Shown piece after piece: positions 52,889 through 63,748 of a DNA stretch of 64,000 bases. The position numbers were made by a program, and so were the translations under genes. The stretch comes from an uncultured Acidobacteriota bacterium (GTDB lineage Bacteria; Acidobacteriota; UBA6911), in assembly GCA_963809485.1 (NCBI GenBank), contig CAWEJX010000001.1, forward strand, positions 96,001 through 160,000. Reading direction: 5' to 3'. The notes under the pieces are model-generated. The model worked only from the letters and a program-made list of their open reading frames with translations, was not told the origin of the DNA and did not search any database. Positions within the stretch are counted from its first letter, which is position 1; every line of letters begins with the position of its first letter.

Positions 52889-52915
52889 GAACCCTTTACG
52901 ACCGCCGGAGTCTAT
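52889..52915 (+). promoter_or_regulatory. Putative ECF (sigmaE/AlgU-type) promoter upstream of bamA
   Basis: GAACCC-N16-TCTAT preceded by an A-tract. Confidence 0.4.
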
Positions 52916-53221
52916 AGCAGGTATCCCGGGATATCTGGCATGGGGAGGTTGTGTATAAAGCGCTTAATCCGCTTTAATCAAAGGATTTCCGGGTGAAGCG
53001 CACCATGGGGCTTTTCTGTTCCGGTCCAAGGTTTGCTGTAACCTGCAGCCTTGAAGCTGGAATCCTCGATCAGGAATTCATGCATCTGTTTGAGCCTGCG
53101 AGGCACGAATGCACTGAGAAATATGGGCTACCCCGCAGGGCGAGACTCATGCTGGATTTCACGGGCTGTTTTAACTAAGATAAGGGTTTACTTTTTAGAA
53201 TGTCGAGCGGCGGGAGGATCG

Positions 53222-55808
53222 ATGGCCAAATCAGTCAGGCGGGGAATCTGCATTTTGTGGTTCCTTGTATCAGGCATTGCAGCTTTTGCCCAGAGCACCA
53301 ACGCACCTACAATCGAGCGCATCGACATCCGGGGCAACCGAAGGATTCCGGAAGAGACTATACGCTTCTACATCCAGACCCGGCCCGGCGAACCCTATGA
53401 CGAGGGACGGCTGGAATTTGATCTCAGGGCGCTTTATAAGGCCAATTTTTTCGAAAATATAGAAGTTCAGGAAAGGGATGGAGACACAGGCAAAATTATC
53501 ACCTTCATTTTGAAGGAAAAACCTCTCATCCGATCCATTGAGTATGTCGGCAATAAAGCCTTCACTGAGTCCAATATCCTCGATGAGTTTAAGGAAAAGA
53601 AAGTCGGGCTGACGGTCGACAGCCAGTACGATCCCGCCAAAATCCGCTCGGCCGAAAGGGTTCTAAAGGATTTGATGACCCAGAACGGAAAACCCCTGGG
53701 AAGCATCCGCACGGAAATAGAGAACATTCCGCCTTCGAGTGTAAAGGTGCGCTTCGTGATGGACGAAGGCCCGAAGGTTCGCATCGGGCAGATACGGTTC
53801 GTCGGCGACAAAGTGTTCAGCGATGGAGAACTCAAGGGCGCCCTTAAGCTCGACAAAGAGCGGAACATGGTTACGATGTTCAAGGGCACGGACAAATACC
53901 ACAAAGACAAGCTGGACGCGGACATCGAAATGAACCTGAAAGCTTTTTACAAGGAACACGGCTATATGCAGGTCCAGGTGGGAGAACCCGTAACCCGCAT
54001 TTTTGAGGGACCTCGCGGGATGATGCCGTTCATGCGGAAGACGCGCCAGCAGTTTTATATTGAAATTCCAATCGAGGCGGGGGATCAATACCGGCATCGG
54101 GAAACTGGAATTGGAGAATTGCGGCAACTTCAAATGCGATGCGCTGGCCACAACCTTCGGCCTGAAACCGGGGGACGTCGTTGACTTCAAAAAAATCAAG
54201 GATACCCTCGAGCAGATTAAGAAGCTGTACGGCAATTTCGGCTATATCAACTGGTCCTACCTGCCCGAACAGAGGTTTGATCCCCAAAAAAAGACGATGG
54301 ACCTGGTGCTGAAATTCGAGCCGGACAAGCAATTTTTCGTCAAGCGCATCAATTTCCTGGGGAACACCAAGACGCGCGACAAGGTTATGCGCCGCGAGTT
54401 CATACTGGAGGAAGGAAAAATCTTCAGCAGCGCAGCGCTGGACGCTTCCGTCCTGCGCCTGAATCAACTGGGATTCTTCGAGAAGATCGAGGAAAAAGAT
54501 TATGAAGTGAAGCCCGACGATAAAAGCGGGCAGGTCGACGTGAACCTCACGGTGAAAGAAAAAAGCCAGCAATCCATAGGATTCACGGGAGGTGTAAGCG
54601 GCATTTCGGGAAGCTTCATCGGGTTGAACTATTCGACCAACAATTTCCTTGGCCGGGGCGAAACGCTGGATGTCAGCGTTACGGCCGGCACCCGAACCAC
54701 GAATTTCATGGTCTCCTTCACCGAGCCTTATCTGCTTGACACCCGGTGGAGCATGGGGCTTTCGCTATATAACACGCGCTACCGCTACGACACTTATAAC
54801 GTCTATGGAGTGGCCAATTATACTACGGGTGAACCTACGGAACTGTTCACCCAGAAGACAAAGGGAACGACCGTCACCATGAACCGCCGTCTGGGGCATT
54901 CCATGTGGTCCTTCGGCGCCAGTTACAGCTTTCAGAAGATCGGGATCTCTGACATCGCGCCGGGCTATGAACAGTACGCTTTGAGTCAGTTCGTTGGCTA
55001 TACGACAAGCAACGATCCCGAGGATGCCCTGCAGGGAATACTCCGAAGTGAAATCACTCCGATGCTGAGCTACAACTCGACCAACGCCTACTTCAATGCA
55101 ACCCGCGGCACCAGCCTAAACCTTTCGACTGCGGTTTCGGGCGGAATTCTCGGCGGCGATTTCAGCATGATTCGTCCGGTAGCTGAATACCGCCATTTTT
55201 TTTCGGACCGGTGGCTCAGCGGCGGTCACAACGTCTTCGCCTTCAGACTGATGGGGCAATACATTCAACCCTATCATGGATCCTATATCCCGTTCTATGA
55301 ACGCTTCTACATCGGCGGCGAAGACACCATTCGCGGATTCGATATCCGGTCGATCAGCCCCCTGGCGGTATTTTCAACCCCGCTATTCGACACCCACGGA
55401 AATCCGATTATAGACCTCAAGACCGGGCTGCCTGCGGTGAGCTACAATATCACTGCCGTGGGAGGAGATACCGTTGGAATCATGAACTTTGAGTATCGGA
55501 TACCGGTTGCCGGCCCGTTATCTATCGCAGCATTTTATGACGTGGGGATATCCCGGGTTTCTCGAACGAGTTCACTGGGAGATATGGGAGCAAGCAGCGT
55601 ACAGATGGTTCCTGCTTCCAACAACAAGGTGCACGGGTCGACGGGAGTGGAAATACAGTTCATACTCCCCGTGGTAAGCGCACCCTTCCGCTTAATCTTC
55701 GCGTACAACCCTCAGAGACTTAACGAAACCGTCAATGTGGGAGACCGGTCCATCACGCTGAAAGAACCCAGCAGGGACATCAAGTTCACGGTCGGACGCA
55801 GTTTCTGA
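53222..55808 (+). CDS. bamA: Outer membrane protein assembly factor BamA (one frameshift near 54094)
   Basis: Signal peptide, POTRA repeats (IDIRGNRRI, GNTKTRDKVMRRE), IRGF motif, terminal Phe. Two ORFs join if one G is removed from TACCGGCATC. Confidence 0.92.
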
Positions 55809-55937
55809 TTCCTCTTTGCCCGGAACGTGAACTGTAGTAAATTTAAGGGTTTTAGGCGATTCCCGGATTTTTTTCCGGGGAATTCCAACAATTCGGCCCG
55901 GCGGAGCCGGGCTGAATTTTAAAGGAGATCAGGGTAA

Positions 55938-56519
55938 ATGAGCCGACTAATTTTGCACGTTTTGTTTGCCGCTTTCTGTATACCGGTGCTCGGCATTGCA
56001 CAGACCGCCGCCCAGGCCCCGGCGGCAAAAATTGCCTGGGTGAACCTGGAGCAGGCTATTTTCAGCTGTGATGAGGGGAAGAAGGAGTTTTCGGAAGTCC
56101 AGAAATTTGTAGACGCCAAGAACACCGAACTGGAAAACCTGCGTAAAGAAACAGAGAGCCTCAGAAATCAGCTCAACGTGCAGGGCTCCAAATTGACCGA
56201 CGAAGCTCGCGCAGACCTGGAAAGCCAGGTCGATGCCAAAGACACAAACCTGCAGCGGTTCCAGCAGGACACTCAGAAGGAAATTGACAACCGGCGTGTG
56301 CGCGCTACCAATTATGTCGGGAAAAGACTACTGCCCGTCATCGAAAAGGCAGCCAAAGAAAAAGGATTCAACGCGGTTCAGTATTTCAGTTCCTCCCGGG
56401 ACGCCTGGGTGGATCCGTCGCTCAATATTACCGAAGATGTCGTAAAGGCTTACAACCAGACGTACCCGGTCACTGGGGCCAAAGCTCCGGCAGCCGCAGC
56501 TCCTGCATCTAAGCCCTAA
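55938..56519 (+). CDS. skp: Periplasmic chaperone Skp/OmpH
   Basis: Signal peptide, KIAWVNLEQA, coiled coil, NITEDVVKAYN; follows bamA. Confidence 0.88.
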   Translation: MSRLILHVLFAAFCIPVLGIAQTAAQAPAAKIAWVNLEQAIFSCDEGKKEFSEVQKFVDAKNTELENLRKETESLRNQLNVQGSKLTDEARADLESQVDAKDTNLQRFQQDTQKEIDNRRVRATNYVGKRLLPVIEKAAKEKGFNAVQYFSSSRDAWVDPSLNITEDVVKAYNQTYPVTGAKAPAAAAPASKP

Positions 56520-56623
56520 CAACGGCAGCGCAAGCCACTGCATTTTTAATTTCCGGACTGCGGCGGAAAGCCCGGTTCCGGAAAAAGCGGGGCTCAGCAG
56601 CTTGCGCTGCACTGCGAATAGCC

Positions 56624-57079
56624 ATGGGAAGCGGTATTTCAACCCATAAAATCAACGAAATCCTGAAGATACTGCCTCAGCGTTACCCGTTTTTGCTGGT
56701 CGACCGCATTCTCGAAACTGACGGCTCGACCCGCATGGTGGGGCTAAAAAACATCACCATCAATGAGCCCTTTTTCCAGGGCCACTTTCCGGATCACCCC
56801 GTCATGCCAGGTGTGTTGCTGGTGGAAGCGCTTGCGCAGGTCGGGGTCGTCCTGCTTTTAAGCAATGATCAAACCAGAAGCGAGAAGCTAGTGTACTTTT
56901 CCGGCATCGACAAATGCCGGTTCCGGCAACCTGTGGTTCCCGGCGACCAACTCATCATGGAAGTGATCGTGATCAAGCAACGCGATTATTACTTCCGGAT
57001 GAAAGGGCAGGCTCTGGTCGACGGCAATGTCGCGGTCGAGGCAGAGCTGTCCTGTTCCCTGGTCAATCGACCTGAATGA
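56624..57079 (+). CDS. fabZ: 3-hydroxyacyl-ACP dehydratase
   Basis: LPQRYPFLLVDR and FFQGHFPDHPVMPGVLLVEALAQ motifs. Confidence 0.96.
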   Translation: MGSGISTHKINEILKILPQRYPFLLVDRILETDGSTRMVGLKNITINEPFFQGHFPDHPVMPGVLLVEALAQVGVVLLLSNDQTRSEKLVYFSGIDKCRFRQPVVPGDQLIMEVIVIKQRDYYFRMKGQALVDGNVAVEAELSCSLVNRPE

Positions 57080-57141
57080 CGGTCGTCCTTTTTTTCTTAA
57101 AGTGAGCGAAGAACCAGCCTGCGCCGCTATTTCGAGAATAC

Positions 57142-57921
57142 ATGCCCATACATCCCACAGCCATTGTCGACCCGTCCGCTGAAATTTCTCCCCAGGCCAG
57201 CATAGGGCCCTACTGCATCATCGGGCCTCAAACACAAATAGGCGCCGGCACAGTCCTGGATTCACACATTCGCATTCACGGATGGACCACTATCGGAGAG
57301 AGATGCCGTTTTTATTGCCACGGCTCGGTTGGGACCGATCCCCAGGATCTCAAGTACAAGGGGGAACCAACCTTTCTGAAGATCGGAGACGACAACGTTT
57401 TCCGCGAATTTGTGAGTCTAAATCGCGGCACGAAGGGAGGACACGGAGTCACCGTCATCGGGGACAACAATTTCCTGATGGCGTACAGCCACGTGGCCCA
57501 CGATTGCGTCGTAGGAAGCCACGTAATTATGGCCAATGCTGCAACCCTTGCCGGACATGTTACGGTGGCGGATCACGCAACCGTGGGCGCATTTTCGGCG
57601 GTACATCAATTCTGCCGGGTGGGCCCGCATGCTTTCATCGGGGGATTTTCGGTAATCACGCGGGACGCGCTGCCCTATATCAAGACTGTCGGCGACCGCA
57701 ATCAGGCAAAGATTTATGGGATCAATTCCCTGGGTTTGCGGCGCAAAAATTTTTCCGAACAATCCATCGATGAACTGAAGCGGGTTTACCGGATCTGTTT
57801 CCGCTCTAAATTGAACAGCGGGGAGGCGCTGGCGCAGGTGAAAGAAAAACAATGGACGGCGCCGGAAGTAGCGACACTGATCGAGTTCATGGAAAGCTCC
57901 GAACGCGGATTCATCCATTAA
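57142..57921 (+). CDS. lpxA: Acyl-ACP--UDP-N-acetylglucosamine acyltransferase
   Basis: IHPTAIVD, PQDLKYKGE, HVAHDC and VHQFCRVG motifs. Confidence 0.96.
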   Translation: MPIHPTAIVDPSAEISPQASIGPYCIIGPQTQIGAGTVLDSHIRIHGWTTIGERCRFYCHGSVGTDPQDLKYKGEPTFLKIGDDNVFREFVSLNRGTKGGHGVTVIGDNNFLMAYSHVAHDCVVGSHVIMANAATLAGHVTVADHATVGAFSAVHQFCRVGPHAFIGGFSVITRDALPYIKTVGDRNQAKIYGINSLGLRRKNFSEQSIDELKRVYRICFRSKLNSGEALAQVKEKQWTAPEVATLIEFMESSERGFIH

Positions 57922-57984
57922 CCGACGCCTGAGATTGGGCATCCACCGGCTTCTCACAATTTCGAATCTCGAATCTGCAAATTT

Positions 57985-58815
57985 ATGGCCGTGGAAAAGG
58001 AAAAATACGGGCTGATCGCCGGAAACGGTCAATTTCCATTTGTGGTGCTGAAATCGGCCCGCCAGCAAAACCTTGAGGTAGTTGTCGCTGCAATAAAGGA
58101 AGAAACTTTTACCGGGATCGAGTCATTCGGGTATCCCGTTCACTGGCTCGGTCTGGGAGAATTGGGAAAGCTCATCCGCCTCTTCCGGGACTCGGGTGTT
58201 CGAAAAGCAATCATGGCGGGGCAGGTCAAACATGTTCAGATTTTCGGCTCCTCCTTCCCTGATTTGACCATGATTCGCATGCTGGCCGGGCTGAAGCACA
58301 AAAACACAGACTCGCTGATCGGGGGTGTCGCCCGCACTCTGGAGGAGGCCGGCATCTCCCTGGTGGACTCCACCATCCTGTTGAAGCCGCACATGGCCGT
58401 GCAGGGAGTTTTGACACGCAGAGCCCTGAGCCCATCCGAACAGGCTGATGTCGATTATGGGCGCCCCATCGCGCATCGTATCGCGGCGATGGACATCGGG
58501 CAGACCATCGTCGTTAGGGATCGTGCTGTTGTCGCAGTCGAGGCCATGGAAGGGACCGATGCGGTGATCCGGCGTGCCGGGGATCTGGTGCACAAGAAGG
58601 ACCTGACCGTCATCAAGGTAAGCAAACCCAAACAGGACATGCGCTTCGACATACCCGTGGTGGGCCTTGCCACACTGGAACATATGATCGCATCGGGCGC
58701 GACCGCGCTGGTGATCGACGCCCAACGCACCATTGTTCTGGACAGAGAAAGACTGGTTGAGGCGGCAGACAGCCATGACGTGGCCATCATTGCCCTGCCT
58801 CCCCTCGAAGGCTGA
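57985..58815 (+). CDS. lpxI: UDP-2,3-diacylglucosamine diphosphatase
   Basis: GLIAGNGQFP, DIGQTIVV, VEAMEGTD and KPKQDMRFDIPVVG motifs. Confidence 0.93.
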   Translation: MAVEKEKYGLIAGNGQFPFVVLKSARQQNLEVVVAAIKEETFTGIESFGYPVHWLGLGELGKLIRLFRDSGVRKAIMAGQVKHVQIFGSSFPDLTMIRMLAGLKHKNTDSLIGGVARTLEEAGISLVDSTILLKPHMAVQGVLTRRALSPSEQADVDYGRPIAHRIAAMDIGQTIVVRDRAVVAVEAMEGTDAVIRRAGDLVHKKDLTVIKVSKPKQDMRFDIPVVGLATLEHMIASGATALVIDAQRTIVLDRERLVEAADSHDVAIIALPPLEG

Positions 58816-58902
58816 AGCTGCGCTGGACACGTTGGCACAGCGGCATGTGCCCGCAGAAACCATTGTCGCGCGTTGATGGTCAACCGCAAATCGGAGCAAT
58901 AG

Positions 58903-59862
58903 ATGGATAGAGTTCGAGTCGGGGTGGTAGGAGTAGGAGCGTTAGGTCAACACCATGCACGGGTCTATGCTTCGCTGCCCGGGGCATCCCTCGTTGGAGT
59001 CGTCGATACCTTTCCCGGCAGGGCCGAGGAAATTGCGGGTCCTCTCGGAACAAAAGTGTTCTCACGCCACGAAGAACTGTTCGGCAAAATCGATGCGGTA
59101 AGTATCGCAACACCAACCATCCTTCATGCGGAGATCGGTGAACAGTTTCTGAAGCAGGGCATTCATGTGCTGGTCGAAAAGCCGATCGCCCACACCATGG
59201 AAGCCGCCGATCGATTGATCCTGGCGGCCAGGGAAAACAGCCGGATGCTGCAGGTCGGACACCTGGAACGTTTCAATCCCGCAGTGATTGAGCTCCGCAA
59301 AATGGTGATAAAGCCCCGTTTTTTTGAAGCCCACCGAATGGGCCTGTTTTCGCCGCGCAGCCTCGATATCGATGTGATCCTGGATTTGATGATTCATGAT
59401 CTGGATATCATCTCCCTGCTTGTCCCTTCTCCTGTTGCGCACCTGACAGCGGTGGGCATCGCCATCCTGACGAATCGCATCGATATCGCGAACACCCGCA
59501 TTCAATTTGCGGATGGGTGCGTGGCCAACATCACGGCCAGCCGCGTGTCCATGGAAAAGATCCGCAAGCTTCGGCTGTTCCAGAAACAGGAATACATCTC
59601 GCTGGATTATACCCGGCAGGACGTTTCGATTTTCAGCCTGAAACACAATGCAGGACAGGGGATCCCTGAAATTGTAAGCCGCAGATTGACCCCCGGGAAA
59701 AAAGAGCCGCTTCAGCTGGAGCTAAGCTCCTTTCTGAGTGCGGTTCACGGGTTGGCGCCCGTTGAATGCAGCGGGGAAGATGGACGGAAGGCCCTGGCGC
59801 TGGCCCTCCAGATACTGGCCCAGGCGGAAAAGGCTCAGGCTGTTGAAATTGACAGGGATTAG
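58903..59862 (+). CDS. Gfo/Idh/MocA oxidoreductase (GnnA-like)
   Basis: GVGALGQHHAR, LVEKPI, VGHLERFNP and DLMIHD motifs; located in a lipid A cluster. Confidence 0.85.
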   Translation: MDRVRVGVVGVGALGQHHARVYASLPGASLVGVVDTFPGRAEEIAGPLGTKVFSRHEELFGKIDAVSIATPTILHAEIGEQFLKQGIHVLVEKPIAHTMEAADRLILAARENSRMLQVGHLERFNPAVIELRKMVIKPRFFEAHRMGLFSPRSLDIDVILDLMIHDLDIISLLVPSPVAHLTAVGIAILTNRIDIANTRIQFADGCVANITASRVSMEKIRKLRLFQKQEYISLDYTRQDVSIFSLKHNAGQGIPEIVSRRLTPGKKEPLQLELSSFLSAVHGLAPVECSGEDGRKALALALQILAQAEKAQAVEIDRD

Positions 59863-59907
59863 GGGCCTTTTCTATACTTTAGGAGACGCTCGGGGCGGAG
59901 CGATCTG

Positions 59908-60918
59908 ATGCTAGATTACGTCATATCGAAGAACAGGCAGCGGCGGCCGGCAAAACGCGTGTATGCCTCATGGATTGCCAGCTGTTGCCTGCACTTCCTG
60001 ATGCTCATGATGCTTATCCAGTTCCCGCAATTGCTGCAGGGAGGGATGTATCACCGCTTCCGCGCATTGAGGTCCATTCAGGATATGCTCTCACAGGACG
60101 AGAGCGAAAGCTGGCGTACGGTCACGGTCATCAGGGATCATTCGCCCATGATGGCCCCTTCGGCCGCCACGCTCAGGAAATATGCATACGACTGGAATAA
60201 AAAGGATTCCGGTGCACCGCCGGTTCGCATCCGCTGGGGAGACGAACAGAAGGCAGTTTTGAACGAGGCTTCAAGACCGGCACCGCGGCCCACATCCCAG
60301 CAGCCGCTCCCGCCGGCCAACGAAATAGCAGTTGCCCCGTCGGCGTCTTCGCAGGCGACCAATCCGGCTTCTTCAAACGGCCGCGATACTGCGGAGAGCG
60401 ATCCCGGCGGACGAAAAAACATCTATCTGCCGCCTCCCGGAGAAGAGCCAAAACAGAAGGTGGAACTGGCCGCCGATTCGGCGCCCGGATCAATTCCCAA
60501 TTCCAAACCCTCTGCCGGCTCTTCCGGCACGCAAAAAAATCCGAACAAGCCGGAAGCGGTAGCCAGGATTTTCGATAGTGAGCAGCAGGCGCTTCGCAGT
60601 CCCGAGGGCGGATTTTTTGACACCAAGGGCTTTCCGCTGGGAGAGTACGCCAACCTCATCATCGAGCGTATCAAGGGAAAATGGTTCATCCCCTCACACC
60701 TCAGGGACTCACAGGGACACACCACCGTCGTGTTTTTTATCAACAAAGAGGGCAGGTTCACCGACGCCCGCATTGTCGCGTCGTCAGGCAGTGATTCCCT
60801 GGATCTCGCTGCATTGAACGCGGTGATGGCATCCAATCCCTTCCCGCCGCTGCCTAAAGGATTCCCGGGAGACCATGTAGGCGCTAAGTTCATTTTTTCC
60901 TACAACGAACCTCAATAA
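59908..60918 (+). CDS. TonB/TolA-like protein with TonB C-terminal domain
   Basis: N-terminal TM with SxxxH, Pro-rich linker, SSGSDSLDLAALNAV..SNPFPPLP. Confidence 0.8.
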   Translation: MLDYVISKNRQRRPAKRVYASWIASCCLHFLMLMMLIQFPQLLQGGMYHRFRALRSIQDMLSQDESESWRTVTVIRDHSPMMAPSAATLRKYAYDWNKKDSGAPPVRIRWGDEQKAVLNEASRPAPRPTSQQPLPPANEIAVAPSASSQATNPASSNGRDTAESDPGGRKNIYLPPPGEEPKQKVELAADSAPGSIPNSKPSAGSSGTQKNPNKPEAVARIFDSEQQALRSPEGGFFDTKGFPLGEYANLIIERIKGKWFIPSHLRDSQGHTTVVFFINKEGRFTDARIVASSGSDSLDLAALNAVMASNPFPPLPKGFPGDHVGAKFIFSYNEPQ

Positions 60919-60947
60919 GAAAAGGCGGCGACGCAGGGAGCCTGCAA

Positions 60948-63446
60948 GTGAAGTTTCCGAATTTTCAATCCCGGGGGTCTTTTTTGTGTTCGCAGTCAAA
61001 GCAAACAGCTTGCGGTTTCCGGATTACCTGGAACAGAGTCCGCGATCTGACGCTGTGGTTTATCCTGCTAACTCCTTTGTTTTTTTCAATCGGCTGCGGA
61101 AAACATAAAGCTCAGGTCAAAACTCCCGCTCCTCCGCCCCCTTCGTCAAAATCAACCCCCTCCTCGAAACAGCCGATCCCGCCGGTTGCACAAAAACGGC
61201 CCATACCGGAAGAATCGACGCGGCCCTCCGGGACACAGATTCCCAAGCCTTCGGCGGGCGAATCAGCCGCCTCGAGGGCAGGTTCGTCCGGCCCCCTAAT
61301 CCGGATCGGGCTAATCACCGCCGCAACGGACATTCGAATTTCATCTTCCGGCGGATTCTACCTGTCGGATAAGACCGCTGAATCGGAACAGCGGCTGGTA
61401 CGGGGCGAAGTACAGGTGCGGAGCGGACAGGAAGTGGAAGAATCCGCCGATGTTTTCCGGATACAGGTTGCTTCCTTCTCAAGGCCGGAGGCTGCGGAGG
61501 ATCTGAAACAAAAAATGGAAGGCCGATTCCCCGACCCGGTGACGGTGAGAAAAAATCCCGAAGTCGGCACCCATCAGGTCCGGATGGGCTCATTCTCGAC
61601 CAAAGAGGAGGCACAGAAACTGCTCAAAGCAGTGGCGGCATCGGGCTATGCAGACGCTTTTGTCGTCAGGGAAACCGCTTCCTCCGGCGGCGGCAAAACC
61701 ATGCTGGCATTACGCGGCCCTGAGAATTTATTCCTGCAGAATCCGAAAGGATTTCTTATCTCGCCGGTTCCCGGCTCGGGCTTTTTGATTTTGAATGGGA
61801 AACCCTATCGCGGCGATTTGGACATCAGGGTGAACCAATCCGGCCGAATCACGGTCGTAAACCAGTTGAGTATGGAAGAGTATCTCTGCGGCGTCGTTCC
61901 CGCCGAGATCAGCCCCACCCAGTATCCGGAATTTGACGCCCTGGCTGCACAATCGATTGCAGCGCGCACCTATGCACTCAAGAACATGGGCAGGTACCGC
62001 TCCGAAGGATATGACTTGAGCGCCGATACCAGGACGCAGGTTTATGGAGGCTTGGCTATGGAAAAGGACTCCACCAATGAGGCAGTGAAACGGACTTCAG
62101 GGCTTGCCATCTATTATCAGGGCAAGCTTATTGATGCCATGTATATGTCCACGTGCGGAGGCCGGACAGAGGATTACTCAAACGTCTTCGATGCCGCCCC
62201 CGTCCCCTATTTGAAAAGCGTGTTTTGCGCCATCGAGGGAAGCCCGGAAAACAACGATACAGCCCTGAATGGGAAACACGGAATCGAGCAGTTGATCCAG
62301 TCCGATGATGGCAGCATAGCAAACCGGAATCTGGAATTGGCCCATATCCTGGGAGTGGTCGAGTCCGCTTCGGAACTCACCCCGGAGTTTCTTGCGGGCA
62401 AAGCCGAAAGCGGTGAGGTCGATCGCTGGGTCAGAAACGCTGGCAAGATCGCGCAAAAGGATTCTTCCGGTGGGCAGCGCTCCAGGGCGGAAACCGGAAC
62501 CAGGGCAGGCTTCCTCCAGTACGCGGCCGAACTGTTCTTCGGCGCCGATGAAATCCGGCGACGGATATCGTCCAAGGATGTTGAATATTACATGAACAAT
62601 CTCCGGGATGGGGACAGCGTGCCGGAATCGGCCCGCTTCGCGATGGCCTACCTCATTCAGCGTGGATTATGGCTCCCGGAATTGGACAACTCGGCCAAAC
62701 CGGATGCTCCCATGCAGCGGAGCGGCGCGCTTTTCCTCATTCTTCGCTGGTTGGAATCGGCCAAACCGGAGGTTCTGAGAAGAGGATCTTTTGTAAGGGA
62801 GGCTGCAACGGAGGCGGGGGCTCGCAGCAATTCAACCATAAGCATCAAATGGGGGAACCGGACACTGGAATTCCCGCTATCGGAAAAACTGGCTCTCTTC
62901 AGGCTGGACGCCGGGAGAACCATGCCCGTAGACAGTTTGAAGGTTATCGGGAATGAAAAGCTTGCTTTCCATGTCAATTCGGAAGGCTTCATAGATTTCC
63001 TTGAAGTTGAGCTTAATCCCACGGGCGCTTCCAGCGACCGTTACTCTCCCGTGGCGGCATGGGATGTCACAATCCCGCGATCGGTGATTTCGGAAAAGTT
63101 GCGAGCCTTGTCCGGAGACATAGGGGAAATAACGGACCTGAAACCCGCCCGGCTGGGGAATTCAGGCAGGGCCGTTCAGATTCAGGTTTTGGGCAGCCGC
63201 GGGTCCGTGGTGCTCAATGGCTATAAGACTCGAAACGCCTTGGGGCTCAGAGACACTCTGTTTACCATCACAAGGGAACACAGCCCTGACGGTAGCATCG
63301 CCAATTTCAAATTCCACGGACGCGGATGGGGTCACGGGATCGGGCTTTGCCAGGTGGGAGCGTTTGGTATGGCGCGAGCCGGACACGGCTATGAAGAGAT
63401 ATTGAAAACCTATTACCAGGGCGTGCAGATTCGCAAAGCGTATTAG
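60948..63446 (+). CDS. SpoIID/LytB domain lipoprotein with SPOR domain
   Basis: Lipobox SIGC, RIQVASFS (SPOR), EEYLCGVVPAEI, AQSIAARTY and GWGHGIGLCQVGA motifs. Start uncertain. Confidence 0.85.
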   Translation: MKFPNFQSRGSFLCSQSKQTACGFRITWNRVRDLTLWFILLTPLFFSIGCGKHKAQVKTPAPPPPSSKSTPSSKQPIPPVAQKRPIPEESTRPSGTQIPKPSAGESAASRAGSSGPLIRIGLITAATDIRISSSGGFYLSDKTAESEQRLVRGEVQVRSGQEVEESADVFRIQVASFSRPEAAEDLKQKMEGRFPDPVTVRKNPEVGTHQVRMGSFSTKEEAQKLLKAVAASGYADAFVVRETASSGGGKTMLALRGPENLFLQNPKGFLISPVPGSGFLILNGKPYRGDLDIRVNQSGRITVVNQLSMEEYLCGVVPAEISPTQYPEFDALAAQSIAARTYALKNMGRYRSEGYDLSADTRTQVYGGLAMEKDSTNEAVKRTSGLAIYYQGKLIDAMYMSTCGGRTEDYSNVFDAAPVPYLKSVFCAIEGSPENNDTALNGKHGIEQLIQSDDGSIANRNLELAHILGVVESASELTPEFLAGKAESGEVDRWVRNAGKIAQKDSSGGQRSRAETGTRAGFLQYAAELFFGADEIRRRISSKDVEYYMNNLRDGDSVPESARFAMAYLIQRGLWLPELDNSAKPDAPMQRSGALFLILRWLESAKPEVLRRGSFVREAATEAGARSNSTISIKWGNRTLEFPLSEKLALFRLDAGRTMPVDSLKVIGNEKLAFHVNSEGFIDFLEVELNPTGASSDRYSPVAAWDVTIPRSVISEKLRALSGDIGEITDLKPARLGNSGRAVQIQVLGSRGSVVLNGYKTRNALGLRDTLFTITREHSPDGSIANFKFHGRGWGHGIGLCQVGAFGMARAGHGYEEILKTYYQGVQIRKAY

Positions 63447-63652
63447 CTATGGCTCGAGATTGGAGATTCGAGATTGGCGGGTGCGATGTATGGCAGCAGG
63501 CGGTCCGGAACAAGGGCGAAATATCAGTGAGCAACCTATAAACAGGCTGTGTGTTTCCTGTTTTATTTCTTGCTATCCTCTGTGACCGGGAACCGGCAGA
63601 TCCCCGGTTTGCCAATTTCGTAGCCGGCTTCACGAATCTCGAATTTAAAGCA

Positions 63653-63748
63653 ATGGATCGTCTTCGCTCACAAGTACTGGGTATTATCCTGCTGGCACTG
63701 GTGTTTCTATTGGTTGCCTGCATCCGCTATTATTTGAGGCTTGGCTAA
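63653..63748 (+). CDS. Putative small single-TM protein (31 aa)
   Basis: MDRLRSQVLGIILLALVFLLVACIRYYLRLG. Confidence 0.4.
   Translation: MDRLRSQVLGIILLALVFLLVACIRYYLRLG

Noticed and set aside
55890-55918. Hairpin AATTCGGCCCGGCGGAGCCGGGCTGAATT as another mobile-element end
   Set aside because: It shares only the CCGGCGGAGCCGG core and lacks flanking element sequence; more likely an intra-operon stem-loop between bamA and skp.
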